DNA from: Octopus bimaculoides
Lineage: Eukaryota
DNA: 64,000 nucleotides
Reading direction: 5' to 3'
NCBI RefSeq assembly: GCF_001194135.2
Contig: NC_068989.1
Coordinates: 59,214,703-59,278,702, forward strand
A program made the translations under genes and the position numbers. The notes beneath the pieces were generated by a model that did no database searches, was not told the origin of the DNA, and saw only the letters and a list, made by a program, of their open reading frames with translations. Positions 1 through 11,700 of this stretch are shown piece by piece. The stretch's first letter is position 1; the number at the start of each line of letters is the position of its first letter.

Positions 1-130
1 GGAGATGAAATTACTGCATACGTTTTATGGTTAATTATTAAATATTATACTTTATTTTATGCGGATTACCTTACTACTATTATTCTGTGTTATATATGAT
101 AACACATGAGTTTCCTCTTGAACTGAAAAT

Positions 131-158
131 ATGGCATATACATACATACATACATACA

Positions 159-192
<34 letters not shown>

Positions 193-310
193 CATATATA
201 TATATTCACATATATATATTTCTATATATATATGTATTATGAATACCATTTTATTTATATTTATATATATGAATATAAATTATATATATACATATGCATA
301 TATATATATA
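131..310. repeat. (TACA)n/(TA)n microsatellite
   Basis: Directly visible. Similar TA/CA/GA/TACA/GATA arrays occur at about 20.9-21.1, 23.6-24.0, 33.3-33.4, 38.5, 47.0-48.1, 49.3-49.6, 50.0-50.4, 51.1, 57.0-59.3 kb, often beside N gaps. Confidence 0.95.
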
Positions 311-494
311 NNNNNNNNNNNNNNNNNNNNNNNNNNNNNNNNNNNNNNNNNNNNNNNNNNNNNNNNATATATAATCATTATTTTTTATCACCTTCAAGAA
401 CGTTTAGTCTTTTGCCGAACCGCTAGAGCCGGGAACGTAGACACACCAACAAGTCTCATACAAGCACGCACGCACACATACACATACGCGCGCG

Positions 495-655
495 CGCGCG
501 GACCGCTTTTCCTTTCCGTCTACCAACTCCATTCATAAGGCTTTGGTCAGCTCAAGGCTAGAGTAGAAGACACTTGCCCATGGTGTCACGCAGTAGGACT
601 GAACGCGGAACATGTGGCTGGAAAGCAAAATTCTTACCACACAGCCACGCGTGTG
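495..655 (-). mobile_element. SINE family D 5' part
   Basis: Near-collinear with 29095-29252. Confidence 0.75.
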
Positions 656-987
656 CATATTATATATTTATATATACGTATAATTGCTAACGGCACTATG
701 ATTTTAATTGAGGAATGAAAGCCTTTGCGTTATCCGTTTGTCTTAAGTCTACTGTTTGTATTACAACTCTTGTTATTCAGGACATGTAGCACTAATCTCA
801 TTGCTGCACCTTCATAAATTCAAAGCGGAATTTAAAGTACGTTTCAGTTTCAGTTGGCTGGTAAATTATTTTATATTCACCATCGTTTATATAACCAACA
901 TCATGACTCATATTTCTTAAACAAACATTCTTTTAAGGAACGAGATAGTTTATACTTCTAGTTTAAACTACAAAAGAAGAGAAGGAA

Positions 988-1023
988 ATGCCGTCACCGA
1001 ACAATAACTACCAAAGGCAAATG
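988..1023 (+). CDS. Candidate first coding exon of the chitin synthase (MPSPNNNYQRQM)
   Basis: ATG in ggaaATG context at 988 and a perfect GTAAGT donor at 1024; phase 0, compatible with candidate exon 2322-2375. No homology support is visible. Confidence 0.3.
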
Positions 1024-1190
1024 GTAAGTAAATGTAATAACATTTGCGGAAGATAAATGTATGTCTTATTACTTCGTGCTGAAATTTGTTTCATTTGTAT
1101 TTTATATTTGGATAATAGGGTTTAACTTGTTCTTAGGAAAATGTTAATTCAACCTGTATCATATACTGTTGATATTTCTTGATGCTTGTT

Positions 1191-1388
1191 AAGGTGGTGA
1201 ACTGGCAGAATCATTAGCGCGCCGAATTAAATGCTTAGTAGCATTTTGTCCGTCTTTACATTCCGAGTTGAAATTCCGCCGAGGTCGACTTTACCTTTAA
1301 TCCTTCGGAGTCGATAAAATAAATACCCATTGAGCACTGGGTTACCCCTCCCTCGAAATTGCTGGCCTTGTGCCAAAATTTGAAACCA
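1191..1388 (+). mobile_element. SINE family A copy
   Basis: ggtgaactggcagaatcattagc...aaattccgccgaggtcgactttacctt...gtcgataaaataa. Further copies at 15575-15786, 22506-22772 (two), 23777-23890, 24020-24138(-), 25150-25258(-), 35660-36050 (two), 39896-40120, 54444-54570, 59951-60150. Confidence 0.88.
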
Positions 1389-2321
1389 ACATTTCTTGAT
1401 GTTTCAAACCAAGCTCTCGAGGAAAGAAACCACAAAATTGTATAAACAATACAATGTTCTATGTTTATTATTTTTATTGACACAGGTTCTGATATAAACA
1501 GAATGCATATCATAGCTCCCCACCCAGCATAAAGCCACATAGATCGAAAGGATATGATTTATATATTACTCAGGTTGTGTGAAAAGTGAAATTTATCTGG
1601 CAGAATTTAAAGCCTGAACACATGCTATACATAGCCTCACGTTTTATTACTCGATATAACTTTACGAATCTTCATCCATAACCAATGTAACTTGTCTTAT
1701 TCCATGTACTAAATTTCAAATAATAAATATTCCTTATATAGACATGGAAACTAATATCCCAAGGGAAATATTTTTCTTCACAACACTTTTGATATGATTT
1801 CAAATTAGAATTAAACCCAGGCCACGGGTTCTATTTAAACTCGAAAATGTTGCACTGGTGTTTACTTAGGTTTGCCACCCTGAAATTAATTTAGCACAGG
1901 CACACGAGGTAGCGAGTTGCAATACAAAAATGTGTACATTTATTTTTAATNNNNNNNNNNCCTTATATAGACATGGAAACTAATATCCCAAGGGAAATAT
2001 TTTTCTTCACAACACTTTTGATATGATTTCAAATTAGAATTAAACCCAGGCCACGGGTTCTATTTAAACTCGAAAATGTTGCACTGGTGTTTACTTAGGT
2101 TTGCCACCCTGAAATTAATTTAGCACAGGCACACGAGGTAGCGAGTTGCAATACAAAAATGTGTACATTTATTTTTAATATGGTCCTGTCCATCAGAACG
2201 TGAAAGGCATTCACTACAGGCTTTTGTCTCGGATGAAAAAATTCTCTGTAGTCTTTGTGTGTAAAAACACTTCGACTCTTGCTTCAAGTAATACAGCAGC
2301 CTATCAGACATAGTGTTTCAG

Positions 2322-2375
2322 CATGATTCTGCCTCTTCGGTGGCAGAAACCGCTTTGGTCATTTGGAGATACACC
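2322..2375 (+). CDS. Candidate chitin synthase exon (HDSASSVAETALVIWRYT)
   Basis: tttcag acceptor and GTAACG donor, phase 0. Joined to 2939 it gives LVIWRYT-AGFAVLLFIV, a plausible lead into TM1. The frame is open back to 2292, so the true acceptor may lie slightly upstream. Confidence 0.4.
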
Positions 2376-2938
2376 GTAACGTTTCTTGTATCTAGGAAAC
2401 AGCACACAACCTGAGTAATATATAAATCATATCCCTTCAATCTAAGTGGCTTTATGCCGGGTGGGGAGCTATAGTAGTACATTTGCTGAGGTATGCTGAC
2501 GTTTGTCATGCCAGAATTAATTTAGTAGCAGCACGTGAAGTAGAAATGAGCAGTATAAAGACTTCGCCTTTCCTAATAAATACATCCGTCAATGAATAGT
2601 TTGCATTGTTGTCTTCAACATGGTGATTCTCCAAACTATACATTAATACAAATTAAAAGCTGAGTATATAGTTGAAATATGGTAGAGATGGATCAAAATT
2701 TGAAAAATTAAGATGTAAGTTTTGTGTGTCGCTAAGGTCAACGCTGGATCAAATTACATGGATGTTTACGTAGTGCTTTGTCGAGATTTTTCTATAGATT
2801 TCATGCAATGAACACGTTAAGAAGTTTGTATGGTCTACATTTAGCTATTAACCAATATTGATACCCAGCAATAACCCCACGCAAAAGTCTATAATAAAAA
2901 TCAGATTCGTATTCTTCTATATAATTCTTATTTTCTAG

Positions 2939-3054
2939 GCTGGTTTCGCAGTACTGCTTTTTATTGTCATGTGGGTATCTATGACCACAGGACATGTAGC
3001 ACTACTCTCATTGTTGCACCTTCATAAATTTGAAGAAATATCCTCGTCTACTTG
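2939..3054 (+). CDS. CHS: CHS exon (AGFAVLLFIVMWVSMTTGHVALLSLLHLHKFEEISSST-W)
   Basis: ttattttctag acceptor and GTAAGT donor; only one frame is open and it is hydrophobic; the terminal TG joins the G of the next exon to form Trp. Confidence 0.7.
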
Positions 3055-5751
3055 GTAAGTAACGAATGAAAAATGTTTTATATCTTTTCAAGAATATTGA
3101 CTACTATTACTACGTAATATAAGATTGTGTAGTTTGTTATATTTGGTTTAGAAGATAGAAAAAATTGGAGGCAGAAACATTAAGACATAGTTGTTACATT
3201 ATCCAGAATAGACAGTGAGGATTCTTTCCATTCTCACATTCCCCTTCACTTTTCCACCTGTGGTCCAGCCTTTCAAAACCTATAAAGGTTGCTCGAACTG
3301 TACAGAAGAGACCCGACTGCGTAGAGACTGGCCAAATTACTGACGGTGTAAAAGCACCAAAAAGAATTTTTATTGTACCCCCTTATAAGGCTTCATAACA
3401 AACCGATTTTCTCCCACTTGCTGTAAGATGACGTACCAAACACATGAACGTTCAAGGTGTGACATGAATATTACATACCACAATTTTTCGGGTGGACACA
3501 GAATATGGTTACTCTTCCACAATTTGCAAAATACTGGATTCTACATATGCTTTTTGAAATTATACCGAAATTTTCATTATTATTGTTGAGGATGAAGAAA
3601 GTGATGTCGTGACAACCTCTTGTGAGAACGTACGGTCTTGTTTGTTCTGGTAGATTCTGTGAGAACAGACAGTAGCTTGCCGTCGGAAGTCTCACAGGGT
3701 CTCTTTCCGCACATTATAAACTTTGATACTTGGTTGTTAATTACTGTGGGAGACATGTAACATCTAAGTACTAATCTCAAGATCCTAGCTGCCCCCAACA
3801 GAGCAGTGTTTTGGGCTTGCTCTGCTTTCATGCCAATTCCGTTTTCTTTGACATATTTCTCGAACTTGGTTGTTAGTGCTCCGAGTGTCCCTACAACTAC
3901 TGGAATGACAGACACTCTCCTCATAGTCCACATTTTTGCAATTTCGTCTTTTAGTAGTCTGTACTTTTCAATCTTTTCTAGTTCTTTGTCACTTATGCGT
4001 GCATCTCCAGGTATTGAAATATCTATGATCTTAGTTTCCTTTTTTCTTTTATCTACCACAACAATATCTGGTTTCCGAGTCTCGACTCCGAGTCACATTG
4101 GATTGTAAACTCCCACAGTATCTTATATTCCTTGTTCTAGGTGACTCCTTCTGGTTCATGTTCGTACCATTTCCATGCTCTGTTCAGACCGTACTTTTCA
4201 CGTAGCCTCCAGTGAAGGAACTTAGCCACGTTATTGTGCGTCCTTTTGTGGTGTTTTGGGGTTAGCTTGCTACACTCACTCACAATATGTGAGATTGTTT
4301 CGTTTCTGCTGTCACACATTCTACAAAGGGGCGATTCGCTATTATTATCTATTTCGAACTTGGTGTAATTAGTTCTCAGAGCTTGTTCCTGGGCTCTGCA
4401 CATCAGTGCCTCAGTGTATCCTTTCAGATCACTTTCAGATATTGTCTTCTCCTTCGATTTCTTTGAGGTATTGCTCATGCAGTGGTTTCATTTTCCAGTT
4501 GTTTACTCTTTCTTTTTCATCCTGTTTCTTAGATGTTTGTGGGTTCATCGCATTTTTGGTAGGTATTATATTGTTAATTCTAACAGCGGCAAGCAAGGAT
4601 TCATTCTGTTGTTTGATGCACCATCTAAGACTGTTCTTCTAGTTGACAATACAGATCTTGCATCCTATGAGACCTCTTCCACTCCTGTTTCTAGGCACAT
4701 ACAGTATCGCTTTTAGGGCGAAGTTCCATGTTAATTGTCATCACCTTTCTAGTTTTCCTGTCCATTTGCTCATGCTCGTTCTTCGTCCACATAACAACAC
4801 CTGCGTCGTATCGCTTTAAAGAAACGGTCCCTGTGTTGCCCTGATTTTGTTTTTTTCCCATTGAGTCTACTTCCTATGAATAACTTGGTTCTTCTGAGAT
4901 ATTCTCGCCTAAAGCTTTCCTTGATTTCACTTTCCTTGATTTTGTCGTATTCTAAAATCCCCAGATATTTATATCCATCAGTTTCAATATCCTTGATTTT
5001 ATCGCCGTTGGATAGCTCTACACCACCATCAGACGACACTACTTTTCCTCTTTGTATTATAAGTATACCAAACTTTTTTGTCCCAAAGTCCATTCCGATA
5101 TCCTTACTGAATATCTGCACTGTTGAAACTATGTCGTTTATTTCACGTTCGAACTTTCCAAAGATATTTAAATTCAAAGATCTTTAAATCATCCATATAT
5201 AACAGATGTTTTAATTTTCCTCCACTTTTCAATGTGTACCCCGATGTCACTTTCAGTAGTATCTGTGTGAGGAGTATCATCCAAATCACAGACAACAATT
5301 GTAATAGGCTATTTCCTTGAAATATGCCTCTCTTGATGTTAACCGTCGCCAAAAACTTTTCCACTTGAGGTTAACTCTGTAGTCCAGTTTTCCATTGATC
5401 TCCTAATAAAATTTGATGTTATCAGACACCTATACCAGCTCAAGACTTTTTAAAATCCAGGAATAGGGGACCATGTCATACGCTTTCTTATAATCGATCC
5501 ACACCATACCCAGATTAGTATTTTCTTGCAGTGGTTCAGTACCATTCTGTCTATCAGAAGTTGGTCTTTTGTTCCTCAATGCTTACGACCTGGAACTTAA
5601 CTGCGACGAATACTATATATGCTAGAACATTGTCTTTGCATATATGCTTACATATATCCGTAATAAGCATTGTGGGGAGAGACATGTTCATATAGCATAA
5701 ACGTATGCTTAGATGTATGCACACCTACATATATGTCTATTTGTACGTATG

Positions 5752-5782
<31 letters not shown>

Positions 5783-8700
5783 CATTAGCACTGATTGCAA
5801 GGCCAGTGGATGAGCGTGGTATGTGTGTCAGTGTTTCTGCTTGCGACTAGGCAGAAGCATTCGAATTTTTTCAGCCTCGCTTTATACTGCATAGAGATAA
5901 CCCTAAGTCATAGGTACCGGCATCATAACCAGTATAAGTTCTGTCACTGTTACCCCAATTACAAATATTTAATTGCTTTATTTACGCCACTAAAATCCAT
6001 CTCTCTGTATATAACGCCGCAGACATCATCATCAATTCTTACAACATTAATTTCCTCCTCGTCGTCATCATCATTAATATCNNNNNNNNNNNNNNNNNNN
6101 NNNNNNNNNNNNNNNNNNNNNNNNNNNNNNNNNNNNNNNNNNNNNNNNNNNNACCACCACTACCACTATCAAACTATCTTCCCCATTGCTCCACGTTAAC
6201 AGCTTCAACTCCCAAGCCGCCGTCACGACATCACTTTCATCATCCTCAACATTGTCGTCCTTGCCCAATATCATTTCTATCATCATAACATCTCCACCAA
6301 TACCACCACTATTCATATCACCACCACCCTCTAAAGGGAATGTTAATCCCGGAATTCTGATATTCTACCAAAACTAGTTTTCGTGTATCGACTTAGTTTG
6401 CTCAGAGCGGAATTAGTCTCTAAATATCACTAACAGGATTAAGTGAAGACAGAAAAGTAAAGATTTACTGATCAGATCGACAATTGTCCACGATAAACCA
6501 CATATAGCAGTTCTCCATTATTAACTAATGTTTAACATTAAACGTTGACCCCTTTCGATAATTCATGGTTTAGACTCTTCTGTATAGTGTCACATTAATG
6601 AAGTAAAAGAAGTGAGTTACGAAATTAAAAATTGTATCCTTTTACAGTGAAATATTGTTGATGAATGGAAACAGGTTTTTTTTTTCATTCTGTACGAAAA
6701 CTAATCAATGTTATATTCTTTCTGTTACAGGTACATCTGTGTTTGCATTGTGCTCGAAATTCCACACTTGTTTAACATAGCTCACTGCGTGTGGGGTACC
6801 TCCTTCATTTGTGTCAAGAAATGGACAAAATGGCCAACTGTGTCACATCTTTGCACGGTATTTAATATATCAACACACAGAGAAATATTTAAGCGATATT
6901 TAATGATAAGGATAAAAAATCTAGTGTTGCATAAAATTGCTTTCTTTCTTTTTTTTCTTTTTGCGGCACCGACTTTGTCTAATGTTCCTTTCAACATTTT
7001 CAAAGGGTTGGTAAAATGAATTCCAGTCAAGCCCTACGTTAATTAAATTAACCTACCTCTACCCTAAAAATTTATTGTGTTCAGTCACAGACAGGAAATT
7101 GATTTTTGTACGATACTGCTCCAAGACAAAATTTTCCTCATATAGGACCCAATATCGAATTAATATTGAGCTGCCTGATAATTTCGAGTTTCTTACCATT
7201 TATTTCAATCCTAATTTTTAACAGGTCAGTTGATAATAAGTTCTTCGTTCACGACAAGAAGTCGAATGTATTTGACAACCCAATAGTTAATTATGGAAGC
7301 ATTGTTTTCTATATTTACTAATTTTCTTATGCAAATGAGATACCATTTTTCTGAGAGCAATAATTTTATAATGGTGTTACCTGCACGTATGCACGCGCAT
7401 ATACATAGACAGTTGTATATGACTGATTTATAACACTAGTAATTCTTACATGTCATTTAAAATTTCAAGTGTTGATTACATTAAACTATTATTGACCAAT
7501 TGTTTTAGTAATCGTTTTTTTTTTTGGTATGTTTTAGTCAAGAGGGAAAGCAGGGCTCAAGATCCTATACAAGGCTTTCAAGACTGGTGAATTGGAGTAA
7601 GGAGGGTGTCCTTGAACCAGTGACTTAGTCTGAATTATTAGAACAGAACAGACCCGCTAATTATACCTAAGGTGCCAGGAAATGATGTGAAACTAAGCAA
7701 CGGATTAAATCTATAACTATTGTGGACCATAGTAGGATTTAACTCTGAATATAAAAAGCTGGACCAAATACTGGAAGGCTTCTGGACCGAGATTTTATTG
7801 ACCCTAGAACAAATACCACTTTAACGACTCTCTTCCTATAAAATATATTTGATACATGCCATATTTACAAGCATTAGTTCCTAACGTAGATGGTGTCAAT
7901 GTACAACTTTCCATTTTTCTCTTCTACAAAGTGAAATGCTTTACTCAGTCAGACGGTTATATATTATTTGCACTACAGCGTTAGACCAAAATTTTACCAC
8001 ACAGTCCACCCTATTTAATACATAAAAATGTTTTTTAATCTTCCTTACTGAGTCTCCATTAGCCTTTGCAGGCACTCCACTACTAACGAGATGGTGTTAG
8101 TGTTGAGCTTAAACTGTTGCAGATCAACATACGTATGAGCAGGAAGAAGATTCCAGAGGGTTGATATTTTGGAGAGGAAACAACCAGGTGTAGTAGTTAG
8201 AGCGTGACAGGGAGTGAGGCGGACATGACAGGGGTGACCAGAAATGGAGAGACAACTGGAGCGAGAGCGTCTGAGTGAAGGTGATACGAGAGCCACGAGC
8301 TTCGAGAAACAAGGGTTCTTATCGTCACGATAGAAAAAGGGAGAGGTGGGAGACAGTACACCAGTGGATCAGGCATTTTATTAAATTTTATTTCCTTCAA
8401 TACCAAAGAGTCTAGTAGCTCTTCTCTGGATGCGGATGCAGTCCAGAATTTATGTATACCTATTAGTGGTTCTGTCCCTGATGTGAGAGCGGTATTCAAC
8501 GCCAGGCCTCTCTGAAACCTTCTGCAGTGCCTGCAACTGTTAAGGTCTGAAATATTTTCTGACCAGAAAGAGAAGGATCAGTCCTAAGTTTACAATCTAA
8601 TTTCATCAGTGATTCTCGGTGATAGCGAGGATAATAGTATTCAGAATGACTTCTCACTTATATTTAGCAGAAGTGTTGTGCGATCGTGTTTCCTTGATAT

Positions 8701-11700
8701 GTGCAGTGCTGTTAAAAGTGACAAGATTGGTATGCTACCCCAAACACACACACACACTTGCGGATATTCTCAAAGTCCCGGTTCATGTAATCGATGCAGG
8801 TTTAGCTTACGGCGTTTAAGTTGCATGTTAGAGAACAATGAAAGAACATATCGTTTGCATAAGAGTGGGTTACAGGATGTGGTGGAAAATAGGTCAATGA
8901 TATGTAGAAGCAAGACATTTGAGGACAAAACCGAACCATGAGGCACACCGGAACTGATTGACGATGGGGCAGAAGGAACACCTACTATACATGTCATGAT
9001 AGTGTGAACCGATAAGAAACTACTGATACAAAACCTAAGAGACCAGTAGGGCCTGAAATCGAGAAATTTTGAAATTAGCGTGCTAACATAGATTAAGGCT
9101 TGGTTAATGTCTGGGGCAACCAACATTCCTTTTATCGAACTTCCCTAAATGAGAGCCTTCTGGTAAATAGCATAAAAGAGTAGTAGGTCTCTAGTGACCC
9201 TAGATTTTCGGAGAACCGTAATGTTGGTCACCATGGACAGAGTTTAAGACGCAGTATTACGTCATTTGTTTCCATTACTGTAGAATATATTGTTTATATA
9301 GAATGTGTGAAAAATCTCGATGACACGACTTTTTCCTGTAGCAAAACACAAATTAAATAAGCGATTATTTTTCAGTCGGAAATCAAAATTGTGCTTTGGA
9401 TTCGGTTTGCCAAGAATTTAGTCGCTTTATCTGAGACGTCTATAGTTCAATATATTGATAACTTGAAATTTACATTTTAAGAGTCAGTTATCAATTTTGA
9501 CCTGTTTACTTAACATTGTGAACAATTTCTGTTCTGCATTTCTTTTTATGAATTATCATTGCTGATATTGTAGGGTATTCTGGCCAGTTTGCTGGAAGTA
9601 GCCTGTTTGAGTGTACTCTTCATAGAGTTTGCTCCACTTTTTCCCGCCCATATATTGCTATTGTTGTCTGGATCAGTGTACTCTGTGCCTGCTATAAACG
9701 AATATATTAAACAAAGGGGAATAACTAATGTAAGTATTTAGCTATTTTCTTCAACTTTTCTTTTTTATCTTTAAACAAAATATGGAAGTGTTTTTATCGG
9801 AGGAGAGACGAGATTTGGTCAGAAAATAATCAAGCATGTAACTAGAAAAGATAACAAGTTTCGGTTATCTTCGAGTGTTTTTTTCCCATAATTATAAGCT
9901 ATGAATATTGAGCTATCTAAAACTACACCTAACCATGCTAAGGCCCCAGATGTGTCTACAGAGCATTTGACAATTGCCAGCAGCACTACTCCTACATGGA
10001 CCTAAACTATCCACAACAAGCTTATAAGACATTACAAAAATACACAAAACAGTACTCTCTAAATCATAACAGGTGATACTGGACCATACCTAATGACCAA
10101 TTATTCAATGAAACAAAACTACTAAAAACTAAATACCAAGATATGCAAGAGGTATTGCTTGTTGCTCACAATACCTGTCACCATAGGAAAAAATCCCTCC
10201 AGATAAGCATATACTTATACAACACTGCAGTTACTACTACAATAACATAAGAATAAAGCTATTTCTCCCATTCATCCGAAGCAAATTCCAGATACCACAC
10301 ACACTCAATTATCATCAATAGCTACTCTGATCCGCAATACTCTGTAGGAATGCATATTACCAGCAATAAGAGTTGAGGTACACCTTACCCACTTCGCCTA
10401 TATTCAGCACCGGATGCAAGTGTATAGAAATAGTTTGAAAACGGAAAGTGCGCAAATCACTCAGGAATACACTCCATATGGTGGAGTGTGTAGTATGGTC
10501 CTCAATTCGGTGGAAACATCGTTCTAGAAGGAAACGAGCATGTAGTTTGGGCCTTGTCTATCGATCGACTATGGCGCACCATAGAACTGCTCAATTCAGA
10601 CTAACTTGGGAAAACATCAGCAACAACAGTATATATTTGATTTATGTTTGATGTGATCTCAGTGCTGAGTTGCAATCCTTCGCTAATCCCAGAAAAGACA
10701 AAAACATAACTGTCACAAAATATTTTAGCCTGAATCACAGCACGAATTTTTATATATATTAGGGTCCAAACAGGTTATAGTTTCGAAATGCCACTTAATT
10801 CAGTACCTGCAAGCCAACAGACTCTACGTAGTCGCTTGACTTACTAGATATAACATTTAAATCTCCCACAGTCTTAAATAAATAAAGGCATAAATGATAA
10901 TGCAAAAGAATTGGTAGATCACGTGTCTGCTCAATCAAAGGTTACTTTGAGTTAAAAAGCAATAATATCGGTACTAATGCCATCACCGCAACTATTATCA
11001 TAGGGATTTTCAATTTTATAATTTTACACTTGTTAATTGAATGTATTCAAAATATTCTCTAACAATAATTTGTTTCAAACTTTTATCCTTTGTACATTTT
11101 AAATATTAATCAATGTTTCTGTTATGATAATATTGATAAAATGAAATCCAATGCCGGTATATATACTTCATTTTTCTTTTTCAGAAAACAAAATTGTTTG
11201 AAGACGAATGTATTAATAACGGTGGCTTTAAAGTGTCCCCATCTCCCGATCATCTAAAAACCAAATTTCCTTTAAAACCTGCCATATTTTGTTTGAGTAT
11301 TTTGATACCATTAATTATATCTGGAATCCTTTTTACCTGGTCGCCATACAAACTTCATCTCCTACATGTTTTTCTCTTACCTATTATCCTCCTTCTATTA
11401 TCCATTCTATGGACACCAAAAGTACAAGTGGATTTTTATCGTTCCTCGGATGGTCGAATGGATAACCGCCGAAAAACCTCAATGATGTATGCAATTGTAA
11501 AAACAATCGCAGTTCCGTTTTGCATTTCAATTGTCCTCCTGACACGTTTTAAAGACCTGCGATCGTTATATTTTATTGATTTTATTTCTAATGGATTTCA
11601 CCAGCTCTCCTATTTCCACGTGTATATCCTCGTGATCTTAATTTCTTTAGCCGGCATGTTTGTTGTCTTAACTGGACTTCTTTGTGCAAAGGTAACAGAA

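Noticed and set aside
1732-2179. Exact 219-bp tandem duplication (1732-1950 = 1961-2179)
   Set aside because: The copies are identical and separated by a 10-N spacer, typical of overlapping contig ends, so this is an assembly artefact.
7106-7321. Hydrophobic ORF with AG/GT sites (7146-7224) as a CHS exon
   Set aside because: Its phases (1/2) do not fit; 6857 joins 9574 directly in phase 0 with a family-like junction.
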